Source of the DNA: the human T2T-CHM13v2.0 reference genome, Homo sapiens
NCBI RefSeq assembly: GCF_009914755.1
Contig: NC_060928.1
Length of the DNA stretch: 64,000 nt
Strand: one strand, 5' to 3'
The position numbers and the translations under genes are program-made. The notes beneath the pieces are model-generated. The model had not been told where the DNA came from and did no database searches. It was given only the letters and a program-made list of their open reading frames with translations. Below, piece after piece: positions 14,671-29,984 of the stretch (within the stretch, counting starts at the first letter, position 1; every line of letters starts with the position of its first letter).

Positions 14671-17600
14671 ATTGACGGCAAGATGTAATTTGCAGCAGTA
14701 TACTTAATATGAAAAAACATAAGACAAGACACGATCCCAAGCAATGATACAAGTTCCCTCTATCACTCCTCTGATCACCTACTTAGCAAACATCTTCATG
14801 TTTTAATTCAGGGTTACTGTGAAGCCCTTCCTGAACCACTCATATTGAGCTCTGAGTGCCTCCTCATACTCCGACAGTACTTTGTACGTAGGTCCATTTA
14901 AGCAGTTATTATTTTGTACTATAATGGTTTGTTTGTAGTTTTATCACTGTGACTTTTCATTTGTGCATGGGCATGGGGGATCATCATCTTATTTATAGCC
15001 GGTGGCTTGCACAGCACAGAGAATGCAAAGAAAACCGACAATTACATTGCTTACTCATGTTGATGCATGATGTGTGAAACATTCTTAAAGAGAAAAAGAC
15101 CAAAGGATCTAAAATAGAATGGTCTGATATGTGATAACTGACAGTAATTAATGCCTTTATTGATAAAGTAAGTAGTGACCATAAAAAACACCAAAGGATC
15201 TGGAAATGCTTATATTTTCCAAGTACCAATGGAAGATATATGCAAGTAAGAGAAGCTTAGAAAGCCACATTTTAGTTTCCTCACTCAAAAACAAACAAAC
15301 AAAAACAAAACAAACCAAAAAAACCCCACCACAAAACAGGTACCCTATTAAATTCCCTCTCTAAATTTGCTCATACCACCACCCTATTCTTTCTTCTCTT
15401 CAAAGTACTGTATTTTTTTTCTCTATTTCAGCATTTTCTGATATTTAGGAGCTACTCTAGACTCCCAAAAGTACCACCTAAATGACTATACCATGTGTGT
15501 TTCTTTTTCATTTTCAAAATTAGTACATAGTAATTACTTTTAAAATTAAGTGTCAAACTGTATCTGAGTTTCGTTAAATTTAGAAAATGAAATATTCAAA
15601 ATCACAGCTGCACAGTCACTTAAAAACATTTAGTAAACAAAAACAAGCCACATTCTTACAGCACAAAAATTCCTTAAGGATTTTTCCAAGTTTAACAGAC
15701 ACTTCAATGAATCAGCCATAGAAATATTTATACTAACTTTCTCCTGCATATCTCTGGAAGCATAAAAAGGTATTAAAAATAACCTCTGAATTGTAAGAGT
15801 TTATAACCTAACCAAGGAGATATCTATACAAAGTTGTCATATAACATCATTGAGCAGCCCATATAGTATGCCTAAGGACCAAAGATAACAGCAATAATTG
15901 AGGACAACAGTGGATGAAACCAGTGCCAGAAGGGAGGTTTCAAGAGAGAGGTAAGCTGGACCATGAGGTCATGGAAAGGATGTAGAAAAACAGGCACAAA
16001 TGTAACCAGTGGATACCAAATAGACTAGTTACAGGAGGGGGGGGGATGATGCTGGCTTTTAAAACGTTTTATATTTCCGTATGTTAAGGAGGTATCAATA
16101 TATTTTTACTTGGCTAAGAGTTCTATGAAAGTGATGTTGAGTTTCGTGAAATCCCTTTTAGTCATCAAGACATTTTAGAAGAGGAGACTTGCTACAACTA
16201 CTTTAAATGAGAATTAATCATAGCTAGACTAGAATTTTTTTTTTTAAGGCAAACCAGGATTGGGGCTAAATGACAAAGCTATGACAGAAATGTAATGCTA
16301 AGTAACAGTGCTATAGGAAACAGGCAAGTATTTCTGGCAGCTGCTCCTGCTAGCATGAGAAGTACTCTTACAGTAGAGATTATTAATAGCTATATACTTT
16401 GGGAGAGGTTGTCACTTATACTGTAAAGATACCATGCTAAAATTCAGAAATGTAAAAGTATAATCTAATGTGACAAAAAATGAGACAACCATAAGACTCT
16501 CCATATAAAAAATATGTTGAATCAATAATAAATTATCAAATCATACATGTGGGTCATCTATTTAGATAAAAACACAGATCACAGTTTTAAAACGATGAAA
16601 AGAATAGAAGAAAATTACAGTTGAAAATAATATAGGTGACAAGTCTATGGCAAATATTATCTCCTATAAGAATAAAAAATAAAATCACTATGAGCGACAA
16701 ATAATTTTTTAATCAATTGATATATTTTCCTTATGAGGCCTTAAGTAAAAACATATATCGTTATTTTCTCAAAATGAAAATTCAGTTCACAGAAAACCTA
16801 GAATAATAAACATGGAAGTACAATGATACAGTATCAGCTAAGTAAAGTCCACAAAGCTTTGCCATAAGAATAAATGTGCTTTAAAATATAATGTCTTGTA
16901 ACATTAGAAACCCCATGCTGTTTTTGAACTGATACAATTTTTTCTGAAAAAATTTAATAATATTTATCAAGAATCTAAAGAAGTTCACACTCCTTGACCC
17001 AATAAAACTACTTGTAGAAATCTGTGTACAGTGATGTGGTTAAATTTATGCATAACGATGTTCAAAGCAGGTCACAATCTAAATCAACAATAGTGAGAAA
17101 TTACGATATATTTATATGGCAGATTATATACTTTTGAATACCTACAGCCATGGGAAAATACTAGCAGTATATTAAAAATGAATTAAAGTGGCAGTTTTGT
17201 TTAAAAAATTATATGCTTAAAATCCTTATTGTGGTTATTTCTGACCCGTGAGATTACTAATAATTTAGGACACTGTAAAGACAAGTGCCTTTTCTACATT
17301 ACATATTTAACATGTCTAATAGTTTTATAAAGAGAAGTAAAAGATATTAAATATTGGAGGGAAATAAAAATTCATTATATAGCCATTGAACTCAGACTTT
17401 GGAGGATATTAAATTACTAAATTTGGGAGGGTAATAATTCCCAAATTTGCTTTACCAACAGAGCTTATGATGGTCGGTGTTTTGGGTATGTATAAAATCT
17501 TCATATTAATGAAAATTTTATTGTAGAATAAATAATTAGAGATGTTATTTTCTGAAACAAAAGCAATACGACTGTTTAATAAGCCTAGCAGACCTTGCTG

Positions 17601-18319
17601 AAAAGTTCTAACAAACCCAACAGTCTACTACAGGAGTATAATAGATTAAAATTATACACCCCTTGAACTAACTGAAGTTTATACATACAAAAACAACAAA
17701 TTAGGTTATGGACTAATTTGTTATGAGAATGAGAAGATTAAAATTTTGAATATAGGCTTGTCTATTATCATGAATAACTGAACAATGAAGAAAAACCTGA
17801 ACCTAACACAGTATTGCTAAGAGGTCCTATGAGAGGTGCTGTGTTTTTTTTTGGTCATAATTGTCAAAAGTACTAATTGATTAACTGATGAGAATGGTAC
17901 TGCATTGTCTTTTGAGGATAGTCACCTGTTAGGCACCCTGTTCTCAGTTGCCTGACCCCAGACCCTGAAGTATCATCCCTCAGTTTACAAAAAGACACAG
18001 GACAAACATGCATACGGTCTGAATATTTCCAGTTTTTTCATGACTAAAATTGTTACATAATCTGTGAGATAACTCTATAACTAAAAAGGAAAAAAAAAAC
18101 TTAAAAGGGATTACACAAAAAATTTTAAATTTATAAAGGGACGGTGCTACAAAAATTATTTGTAAGTCAACTGTTTGAAACTTTGTATTGTCTCATAGAA
18201 ACAATGTCAACAGCAATAGGCCCCCAGACTAACCCTACAAAATACTAATAGTTGAAACGTGTTAAGTTCACAAGAAAAAAAATGTATATGTTACAAAGCA
18301 TAGTAAAAGAACAGCCAGT

Positions 18320-18530
18320 ACCTGCAGCATTAGAGAGTCCTGAGATTAAATACCAGCGTTCCGAACTACCTGGAAAACTGGGAGAGTTATTCACTTGTCT
18401 GAGCCTCAGTTTTCTCATCTACTGAATGGAGATAAAACTTACATTGTTTCATTAACATTTAAACTATTTAAGGATTAAATGGATTAAAATATAAAAAGTA
18501 GCTGAGGAGTACCTAGAATACATAGTTGGC
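18320..18530 (+). mobile_element. MIR
   Basis: tctgagcctcagttttctcatctactgaatggagataa core. Confidence 0.75.
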
Positions 18531-18619
18531 TCTTTTAAAATGATAGAAATCATCAATACCATTATTATACATTTAGAAGATAAATAATAAAAAGCAGTAT
18601 GTTAAAATTCTAGTGATTA

Positions 18620-18921
18620 GGCCAGGCACGGTGGCTCTGCCTGTAATCCCAGCCCTCTGGGAGACCGAGGCAGGTGGATCAACTGCGGTCAGGAGTTCGA
18701 GACCAGCCTGGCCAACATGGTGGAGCCCTGTCTCTACTAAAAATATCAAAAAAAAAAAAAAAAGTTAGCTGGGCATGGTGGTGGGCACCTATAGTCCCAG
18801 CTACTCAGGAGGCTGCGGCAGGATAATCGCTTGAACCTGGAAGGAGAAGGTTGCAGTAAGCTAAGATCGCACCAGCCTAGGTGACAGAGGAAGAGTCTGT
18901 CTCAAAAAAAAAAAAAAAAAA
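18620..18921 (+). mobile_element. AluSx-like element
   Basis: Full dimer; diverged TSD ending agtgatta on both sides. Confidence 0.93.
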
Positions 18922-19124
18922 TCAGAGTGATTAGATACGCAAAAATAAAATTCTTCCTCCCACAAACACAAAGGAACTAGAGAAAATGAGTCTTATAAAG
19001 GAAAGTAATGGCTTAAAGCTCCAGAACCCCATTCTAAAAACTCACCATAAAATGAAACTTACACAAGCAAAAAGCTATATGCAAAAGAAAATTTACTACA
19101 GTACTGTTGTAACAGTAAAAACCT

Positions 19125-19310
19125 GTTTTTCACTGTTTTTATAAATAACATTTTATTAAAACACAGTCATGCCTATTTGTTTAAGTACTGTCTGTGGCTG
19201 CTTTCATGATAGAAAGGCAGAGAGAGCTGAGTGCAACAGAGGCCAACTACACGGTCCACAAAGCCTAAAATATTTACTGGCCCTTTGCAGAAAAAGCATG
19301 TGGACTCCTG
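19125..19310. mobile_element. MER58A (hAT-Charlie MITE)
   Basis: tttttataaataacattttattaaaacacagtcatgcc...cacaaagcctaaaatatttactggccctttgcagaaaaag...tcctg. Confidence 0.8.
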
Positions 19311-19870
19311 ATTTAAGATGACGATACATAAGATGTGACAGTAACACCTTTTCAAATGACACACAAATATTCTACTTTTATTTCTATTTTTATTTTAAAG
19401 AAAAATAATTTTAAGTACAGTATTTGGAATAGAATTTGATATAGAATATAATCACTATGAAATTATTTTCAACTACTGGAAACGTCAGTTGTATATTTCA
19501 CTATTTCCTGAGTTCCTGGGTCTCAGATGCATAAATCCTTGTCCCTTATCTGTGCTCCATCCTTTCCACCAAAGCTCTACTCCATTCTCTCCTGTGTTGC
19601 TGATGCCTATGCTACACAAACTCAAGAATATAGGAGGCACTCTAAATACAATATTTGTCTATAAACCAGCAGTCAAACCAGATATATTTAAGTCCCAAAT
19701 AAACCAACAATTGCATGTCATTTGGAAATTTCTACTAAAATAGTAACACTGAAGAATAATTTTAAGAGAATATTCTAAATGCTTAAAAGTGCTCCAAACA
19801 AAAACAAAATGAGTCAAGAGATGAAATTTATGCATTAAAAGTCCATTTTCTTTCAACATACACTTATTAT

Positions 19871-20279
<409 letters not shown>

Positions 20280-20647
20280 TTATTTCATATATGCTTATAA
20301 TGTGAAAAAATAATGCATCTTAGGATTTAAGAAATATAACATTACCATAATTAGGCATTCCAATTTCAAATAAAAAATAGTTATTTTTCTATAACCTACA
20401 AAATAACTGGTTATTTTAAATATCTTTACCTAATTATTTTATAGGTTAAATAATTTTTTCCTGTAAAATTTATCTTCCCTTAAAAGACAACCAAGGCTTT
20501 TTTTAGTTAAAAATTGTATTCCCAAATTTTTCTGATACTAAGAAATACCTGCAGAACTTATTTTTAGTAAGTATTCCAGCTGATATTTATGACCAGGAAA
20601 ATCTGAGAAAACACAAACAAATTATGAGGACTGCAAGACTAAAAACA

Positions 20648-20831
20648 TTTTTTTCTTTCTCTCTTCTAATTTTAGTTTTTTTTCAGAGGCAAGGTCTCAC
20701 TCTGTCACCCAAGCTGGAGTGCAGTGGTGCCGTCACAGCTCACTGCAACCTCTAACTCCTGGGTTCAAGAAATCCTCCTACCTTGGCCCCCAAAGTGTTG
20801 GGATTACAGGCGTGACCCACCATGCCTGGCC
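20648..20831 (-). mobile_element. Internally deleted AluJ / monomer
   Basis: Reverse Alu sequence; TSD taaaaacatttt on both sides. Confidence 0.85.
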
Positions 20832-23337
20832 TAAAAACATTTTCATTTGAAGGTAAATGATTAATAGCTAGGTTGCTATTTATTTACTGTTGTTAGTATT
20901 AAATCCAATGCTTATAAATTATCTCAGATGAGCAGCTAGAATAATTTATATAATACATTAACTACCAGTACTAATATTACACTTAATAGTAAGGTAAATT
21001 AATTTCCTGAAAATATTTGAAGAGATATAAATTGAAGTTATAGTTATTACTGCTACCTTAAAATTTTTTCCACTATTTTCAAACTTTTTTTATTCTGTCC
21101 AAAATATTAACTGTGCAAACATTAACTTGACTCAGTATCTATGATGACTGGAAGGAAAATACCATGCTTTCAAATTTTAATAGATCAAGACTGCATATAG
21201 TCTCATAAGCAATAACTATACATTACATTCAGCTCATGACTTAGAAGGAAAAAAGTGGTCTGTAAAATACAGAAGAATGTTTGCTTTGTGTGCTTTGTTG
21301 TCAAGGTGTATAGCAATCTGCTTGAAAGAAAGTAAAAATACCCGATGTAAAAGCCATACAATACGTCAGGTACAAAATATTATTAATTATAACATATTAA
21401 AAATATCTTTAAAATTTCTAATAAAGAAAAATGGGAAAGTTAATAAATAACACAGAAAATGTAAATCAACTAACCATTTGCAAAAGGAAAGAAAGGATAT
21501 AATTTCACAATCCCTCTAATATTTCTAGTAGTCAGAGTCAATGAGTTATGCAATAGTAAATTATTGGCCGGCAGGCTAAAATTGAATGTGTTCATTTTGT
21601 TTTTTAAATATCTTCTAAAAATTTTAATATGAATTTCATTTTTAATATTTAGTTTTATTCTGCTATTACAACTGCAAGGCTATAATTTAACATAACACAG
21701 TAACCTAGAAAAGTCAAATTAAATAGTGACCCCAGAAAGCCCTCAGGAAAGCCTTACAGTTCTCTATTAATTTATCTTACAGAATCTTCTCCTATGTCTT
21801 TTAAACTTAATGTCCATGTTAGAAGACAAAGACAGGAAATATATACTGTAACATAATGAGGCAATCTCCCATATGTACTTGTTTATTAAAAATATTCAAT
21901 AAAAAAATTAACTTGATTATTAACATCTTAACCCTTTAATTTTAAAAAGCCCTACACTTCTTTTTCTCAATTTTTAATTTTATTTGTATTGGTATTTTCT
22001 TTTACAGGGGTATAAGATAATAAATTAGTTTATTAGTGACTTTAAAGCTATTAGAGGCCTCTATAAAATACTCAAATCAGAGCAGTGACCTCATTCAGAA
22101 GAAGCTACTAAAATGACAAGGTGAAAGCAGACAAAATAAAACAAACACTTTCTTAAAACAGTAAAGTACAAAAGTAACAAGAGGGTGCTGGGGATATTTG
22201 TATTCTGTTTTCGATGTTTAAACTGTATTACATTTTAACCTCATGTAAAAGTTTTCCAACATGGCTGCCACTTGTTTGGCGTAGAAGTGGAAACTACTCA
22301 AAAAGAACTAAGCTAACTAGAAAATATGTTTTTATGAAGGTTAAGTTCCAGCAAATAGAAGATTCTCTTTATTAAGGAGGAAAAATATTCTTCCAGTGTT
22401 ATGGATTATTCTATTTAATAGAATATTTCCCCTTTAGCTAAAAGAAAAAGTACAATACAATTATGTGTCAATTAAAAACAAAATAAAACTTTAAGAAACG
22501 CACAAAAAGATAGAACCCTAACAGTGTTGATATACACAAATACACTCATTTAATCCCAAGCAGTGGTTTGTTTGTTTGTTTCAGGCTCATAAACCTATGT
22601 TAGATCTAAAAATATATCACTCTAATAAATAATTTGAAACTGGCAATTTAAATTAACTCAGGAAATACAAAAAATTGCTCATGTTAACAGGGTTAAAACT
22701 TGTTGACCAGGGAGAGGAGTACGTAATCCTGAGAAACATCCAATAGATCATACAAGTTCTACAAAATGTTTGTTAGTTCAGGATTGTCTATATATAAACC
22801 ATATCGTAACTGCCACACAATAGCATGCTATTTTTATTTTATATAACAGCAAAAAGTAGTGTTCCTATTAAGTTTGAATGTAAGGAATAGCAATTTAAAA
22901 AAATAATACAGCTTAAGAGGCCAAAGAAGCCTAAGGATTTGGAACACTTTTTAACGAATGAAATGCTGTATTTCCCATGTATAAGGAGAATACCATCAAC
23001 TTTTTGCCTTTCATGCAAAAACTACAAATTTACAGTGCTAATATTTGTCAACGTATTTCAAAACATACCTTTTTACATTTACTAATTTTAGATAAATCTG
23101 CAGGATTCTAATTTCATGAAAAATAAATGAGAGAAAAAGGTGAACTGGGTAACCCTATCTTCTAGGCTCTATATCATATTATAAAACTATCACTTATATA
23201 AGTGTTTACTGGCTACACAATGCATTGATAGTTTTAATTTTAAATAAAAACTGAAATTTGAGGCATCTTTTCACTAAAAGAGGCCAAGGTACTTCACTTA
23301 AATAAACATTCATATTTTTCAAATGTGTGAGACTTAC

Positions 23338-23484
23338 CCGTCTTCGACAAAAAGGGAGGCCTTGGGCAATGATGCTAATGCTAAATATCTTCATCACAGT
23401 TTGATGTGGTAGAGGCTCTTTTGCACTTTTAAGATCAACAGGAACCAAGCCATGGTTTAGAGTAGGTTTTCCCGGTTTTGACAT
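23338..23484 (-). CDS. FBXW7: FBXW7 gamma isoform-specific first coding exon (49 aa)
   Basis: Translation MSKPGKPTLNHGLVPVDLKSAKEPLPHQTVMKIFSISIIAQGLPFCRRR is the FBXW7-gamma N-terminus; consensus phase-0 donor CGG|GTAAGT at 23337. Confidence 0.95.
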
Positions 23485-23820
23485 TTTAAAACTCCTCTTG
23501 GTTGACGAATACTCTCTACATGTAATACAGGCACATTACTAAAAGCTCTAACCACTAAATTTTAAAAATATATATTTAATAATAGTTTTTAAAAGGCTGA
23601 GAACCCAAGGCCTGCTGCTTTTGTCTTTCAACCTTCCCCTACCAAATGTCCTGACCTGTCTGAGGCTTGGTGAAGTGCAAACTATCCTAGAATAGCCAGG
23701 AATTATAAACTACTGAAGTGAAAGCTCCTGCTCCTGCCAGTCAAACAGCTGGTGAACCTCTCATACAAAGTCAGTAATGTGAACACAACCAAAGCAGGGC
23801 TGTGCTGTAAGGTCCCTTTT
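23485..23820 (-). promoter_or_regulatory. FBXW7: FBXW7 gamma 5' UTR and proximal promoter
   Basis: Unique sequence immediately 5' of an alternative first exon; TATA-like TTTATAAT near 23702-23709, E-box CAGCTG near 23746, MEF2-type TTAATAATAG at 23576-23585. Exact TSS not determinable. Confidence 0.55.
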
Positions 23821-25024
23821 AATATTTCTCCAACTAACTAATCTAAGAGTGTTTCCTAGAAAGTGAAAGTAAATTTTTACTTACAAAAATAAAATAAAAA
23901 AAACAAACATTGTATCTTGAGTATCTATTAAGTCTTCCTTATCCAAATGTCAGCATTAATATTTTAGGAATGTTTTGAATTCTGTTACAAATTTTGTTTT
24001 GAATTTTTTGAACTGTGTTTACGTATGGTTTAAAAAAAACACACACACATATGTATGTTTGTTCTACCTTAGATATATTATAATGAGCACTATTTTCAAG
24101 TGTGTGCTCTCTTTCCCTTTTCCATACACACCATTCTTTATCTCATACTCACTAGACATTAAATACTGTATACTCTGGTTCTCTAATAGCTATTAATACA
24201 CACTTCAGATTAATCTTTGTACCAGAGTTTTCAATTGTCAATCTTTAATTCTGAAAAACTTATTGATTATACTTGAAAGCATAACAGTCACCCAACTGAT
24301 TAAAGACATGTAAAAAGTGTATTTATTTATAAAGTAATCTATGATGGGAAGTAATTATAGTAAAATGGGAGAGTAACTAGCCAGTCCATTGCAAATCCCT
24401 AGTGCCTAATTTCTCCTTCACAGTATGGTCAGATAAATCTTCCTAAAACACAGAGAGGGAATGCAGTGTGCCGTTTACTCCTCAAGAACCTTCAATGGTT
24501 CTCCACGGCCTAAGATAAAGTCTGGAGATGAAGACTCTCTTCAAAGTGGCCCCAAACTAAACTTTCCAGCATTATCTCAAATATTTCCCTAAATTAACCA
24601 TTTGTGCAAGTGTTAATTAATCTTTATACTATAATCCATATTCCTAACAGATAGTAGATAATGATTGTGAACTATCCATTCACAGTGCTCAATCAACTAT
24701 TCTCTCTTTCCATTCTATTTTCTTCTTCCAACAGCCAGTCAGCTCCACTTATCTCTCCTTCCAACTTTTAACTTCCAAGCTTTTATGGAGTTTTATAGCA
24801 GGAATTTTGACGGAGACAAGAAAGGATTTGAAAGGAGAAAGTTAGAAATGGGTGATTTCTTTTTGACTTTGGAAAGATTAGCATTGCTAAATATTAAAGT
24901 GGGCTGCTGGGAAGGCAATCTATGCACAAGAAATAGTCCCATTCCTATTAGTAGACCTTTCTCTTATACCACAATTTAAAATGTAGTTAAAAATGCAAAA
25001 TCACTGGCAGCAATGCTACACAAA

Positions 25025-25857
25025 AACAGATTTCTCCAAAGATATGTAAATGGTCAATAGGCACATGAAAAGATGCTCAACATCACTAATTAGGGAAATG
25101 CAAATCAAAGCCACAATGCGCTACCACTTCACATCCATTAGGATGGTTTTAAAACAAAACAAAACAGTAAACAACAAGCATGGGCTAGGATGTGGGGAAA
25201 TCAGAACCCTTGTGCATCCTTGGCGGCAATGTGAAATGAATGAATGTAGCTGCTGTAGAAAATAGTATGGCAGTTCCTCAACAATTTAAACATAAAATCA
25301 GCACATGATCCAGCATTTCCACTTCTGAGTATATACCTTAAATAATTAAAAGCAGAGACTTGAACAGATACCTGTATACACATGCTTATAGCAGCCTTAT
25401 TAACAATAGCCAAAAGGTAGAAGCAACTCAAGTCTCAATGAATGAATGAATAAACAAAATGTGACATATACAAACAAGGGAACATTATTCAGCTCTGAAA
25501 AAGAAGGAAATTCTGACATATGCTACAACATGCATGAACCTTGAAGATACTATACTAAGTAAAATAAGTCAGTCAAAAAAGGATAGTGTATGATCCACTT
25601 ATATAAGGTACTTGGAATACTTAAATTTGCATAGATAGAAAACAGAATCATGGTTGTCTGAGACAGGGAGAGGGGGAAATGAGAGTTAGTGTTTAGTTGG
25701 CACAGAGTTTCAGTAGGAGAAAATGAAAATATTCTGAAGATGGATAGTGGTAATGGTTGTATAACAATGTAAATATATTTAGTGCCACTGAATTGTATAC
25801 TTAAACATGGTTAAAATATTAAATTTCATGTTATGGATATTTAACCATAAATTTTAA
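25025..25857 (+). mobile_element. L1MB-like 3' fragment
   Basis: ORF2-like [23 protein letters not shown]; 3' UTR atggatagtggtaatggttg...gccactgaattgtatacttaa. Confidence 0.88.
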
Positions 25858-27389
25858 ATGTTTTTAAACAAAAAAGTGAATGATTGAAAATGGAATAATC
25901 ATCACCAAAAAAACCTCGAGAGATCTAAGGTTAGGAGAGAGAAGAGATAATATGAGAGTGTTGGAAACCTATAAACTGGTAGTAGAAAAAAAGTGAGAAT
26001 GATATCCAAGATACCATGTCTACAGCCCTATGAGACAACTTACTATCCTGCAGAATGAATACTAGGTTCATGCTAGTCTTAGCATCTCCTCAGATGTTCA
26101 CTTTATTTTCCAACATAAGACTAATTGTTTTGTTTGTGAAACATATGTCATATTTTGTCCTTCTCTCATTAGACAATCCCTTTTGCTAAAGTAGGTCCCA
26201 TGGAATATCCTTATCTCAGTTACTAACACTACCTGTTAATATTACAACAGTTTTCTGCAGTCTGAGATTATTTTCAAAAAAATTCTGTCTCAGTGATACC
26301 TTTGAAATCAATTGGATAATTAACCCCCCTGAATTTCTTTTCCTGAACTACATAGAAGATACAATTTTAACAATGTGATACTCCAATGCAGAAAAATTAG
26401 AAGAGGGTAATATATTCTACGAGTTTAACATGTTCATTTGGCATTTAGAAAAATGAATCAAAGACCTAGTTAGCCATCAGTGGTTATTCCACTGGTTAAT
26501 AAAGATAATGTATTCAATATTATAAATTTTCACTTTTACATTTAAAAGCCCTCAAAGAACTCTAAAGTCACATGTATTTACATGCAGACATTTTAAAGAT
26601 AAGAAAATCCCTGATCTCAATGAGTCTGATCCTAACGGGGGGAAAAAAGATTTAGAATTGAAAAGAACTTGGATTGGGAAAATTAAAACTAAAATCAACA
26701 GTTTCTAGTTTCTAAGAGACCAAAAGTTACTATGAAGTAAAGCTAGGCTTTTCATTTTCATGAAATAATTTACAATGACAACAGAAACAAAACATAAGTG
26801 AACACAATTAAGGCTGTTTGTACCTCAAATGTGGAGTTTTTTAGTGGATACCAAGTTTTGGTAAGCACAAGGGGGTAACATTCTAATTCAATTATTATTT
26901 TTTTAAATCAGTAAATAGCTGCCCTCAACTGGATAATACAGGGCATTGCAACTGTGGCAAACCAAACGCTGTAACAGAATCCTGTGTTTGTCATAATATA
27001 TTTTTGGAAAAAGAAGACATTATCAATGATTGGGCAAAGTGAGTACTAATTTCCAAATATATATACTACAAGTTTCATTTTTTTGGGAGGATTCAAGTAA
27101 CAGTATTTCTAATGCGATATTCCCAATCAACACGAAACACTAAAAAAACAAACCTTTAAATATAGACAAAAACCCTAATAAATGAGGGAAATCATAGACA
27201 AGGTATATAAGAACCCCAACTGTTAATACTTCAAAATGTAGCTAATTCCATGTGTTCAAGAAAAGATAAAGTCTGAGTCTCAATTCTACTCTTAAAAACA
27301 TTAAAGATACTCTTTAATTACTACCCAAATTGAGACTCTTAAAAACAGACAAGCTCTTTTAAAGATGATACCACAAATAATAAGGCAGT

Positions 27390-27600
27390 GCAATATGATA
27401 GGTAGGAACATGGACTCCAGAACCAAACTAACTTAGTCCAAATCCTGGCTTTACCAGGTATGACCTTAATTTAATTCGTGTCTCAAGTTCACCTAGGCAG
27501 TACTCATAGGACTGTTGTGAGGATTAAAAATTAGTTGATATAAGTATACAGAGTAACGCCTCACATCTAGTAAGTGTTCGATAGTGTTAATTAAACTGTC
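27390..27600 (+). mobile_element. MIR fragment
   Basis: catggactccagaaccaaac...tccaaatcctggct...cataggactgttgtgaggattaaa. Confidence 0.65.
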
Positions 27601-28816
27601 ATTATGATTACTACTACTATTAATGGAATCAAAAATCACATAGAGCTTTGTAGATTACATTTCCAATTTTAAAATCACCAGGAAATAAAGCAGATTCTAA
27701 AATCCATCTATAATAACTTTGGAAAAGAATATTTTAAAACATATTATTTGTAAGTTTCAGAAAGACTTCTATAATTCTGTCAAAATTTTTGCCAAAATAT
27801 GAAGCTGTAGTATCTTAGCCATAGTGTCTTGGCATTTTAAGATTCCAGATACCACTGATCATCCAAGATGGGCTAAACATTAGGGAACTTGTAGTAAAGA
27901 AAAGGTCTTTATATAAGGTAACTTATTTTGCCCACTTATCACTCCCTGATTTTCTTTCTTCTAAAAATTTGCATCCGTAAAAACAATTATATATAAATGT
28001 GACATGTAATAAAATATCACCAATACGGTATCTGTAAAATGCATTACAAGTCCAAGCACTCCAATTCTCTTGTAACAACAATAAAAATACCATCACAGCA
28101 ATTTACTCTGGATTTCCATCTTTTCTTTCATTCAGTATTATACAAAAGGCTAGAAATTTAACTGCTCCTGACCAAAGCCACAGCATATGAGCAGCACAAA
28201 GATTTTCCATTTTTCATAAATTATTCCTGAATCAGCTAAAACAAATCACTCAGAAGATGTAAATCTCCCTGCAAATTCAAATTGACTTTATACCAAGAGT
28301 TTTCAAAGTCTTACCTCAAAAACTTTCACAGGAATAATATCAACGTATGTTATTTGAATTCAGTATTATTCACTGCTTCTGTGAATTCAGGCAACAAGTG
28401 ACTTACTCTGTTGTAGAAACAGAAAGTCCCACATGCTAAAAAGTATACCATTACTGAAGTGCAATAAATCAGAATCAAAATCCTTCTGATCAGATAATAT
28501 GGTATTATCAAGCATACTCACTTATTTCACAGATACAGAGTAAAGCAGATTATTTTATCTACCAAATCAGTTTTTAGTCTTCCTAACATCATAGATATCA
28601 GAGTATTAAAGTATTTCCCTACCAAGCAATTCACAAATGAACGCAATTCATGGTTGAAGACGGAACAATTTAAACACAGAGGAAAACAATCATAAATCAA
28701 TAAATTAAACCCTCTGCTTAATGATAAATTATCAAGCTTGTATTAGCAAAAACTGTAAAAAAAAAAAAAAAAAAACATCCAGCAAGCAACATATTACTTT
28801 AAATGCAGAAACATAA

Positions 28817-29159
<343 letters not shown>

Positions 29160-29984
29160 AGGATATCTTTTAAAGTTTTAGTATTTTTTTTTTAAGCTTT
29201 AGTATTCACAAAAGGTATGTCAAATAAATTAAAATGTTTTTATAAGATTAAAATCACATTTAAAATGATTACTAAAAATGTTCTAAAAGATATTTATTTA
29301 CATGCTCAAAGTGCTCACTCAGATTACAACTTCCAATTATAATGTATTTGAGACATTACATGTATGTAAACATTCAATGGACAACATACTGCACTTCCCT
29401 GCTAATTTTCTTCATTTGGGCAACAAGGGCGGCCCCTAACTAAGAGAAATATGCTTGGGTTCTGAAGCAGCACATACAACATACACAAGTGTTATAAAAA
29501 TGTGACCTGATAATTGGACATTTGCAAAATAAAAGCACTGCATGTACATGCCTATATGCACAGATAGGTAGCATTCTCAAAATAAAAATGCCAGAATACT
29601 AGATTATATAAGGTATTGTAACTGCTCTGATTTATGGAATCAACATCTCAATGTTAGACATTTAAGCTGTTTTATATTCCAGTTATTTCCAAAAATTTTG
29701 CTGAAAATACATTATAAATTAAAAAGTAAAACACAGAAAACCAACCAAAACAAGTGCTAATAAATTATAAGTTGACAGATGACAAAACCATCCCATGGTA
29801 CACCAGAAACTCCAAGATTCAGGAACCTTAACTATTTAATGTCTTGCAGTACAATTACCTGGAGTTTATACTTCAGATTTCTACAAAGAGGAGGCTAAAT
29901 ATTTAATAGATATAGACTATCTGACTTCTCTTCAGATGATTGAGATTAAGTCCCTTGCAGGTTTAAGAGTACATTACATCTCTA

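Noticed and set aside
23206-23337. C-terminal 43 aa of the 92-aa gamma ORF
   Set aside because: Lies beyond a consensus GTAAGT donor; intron read-through without other support.
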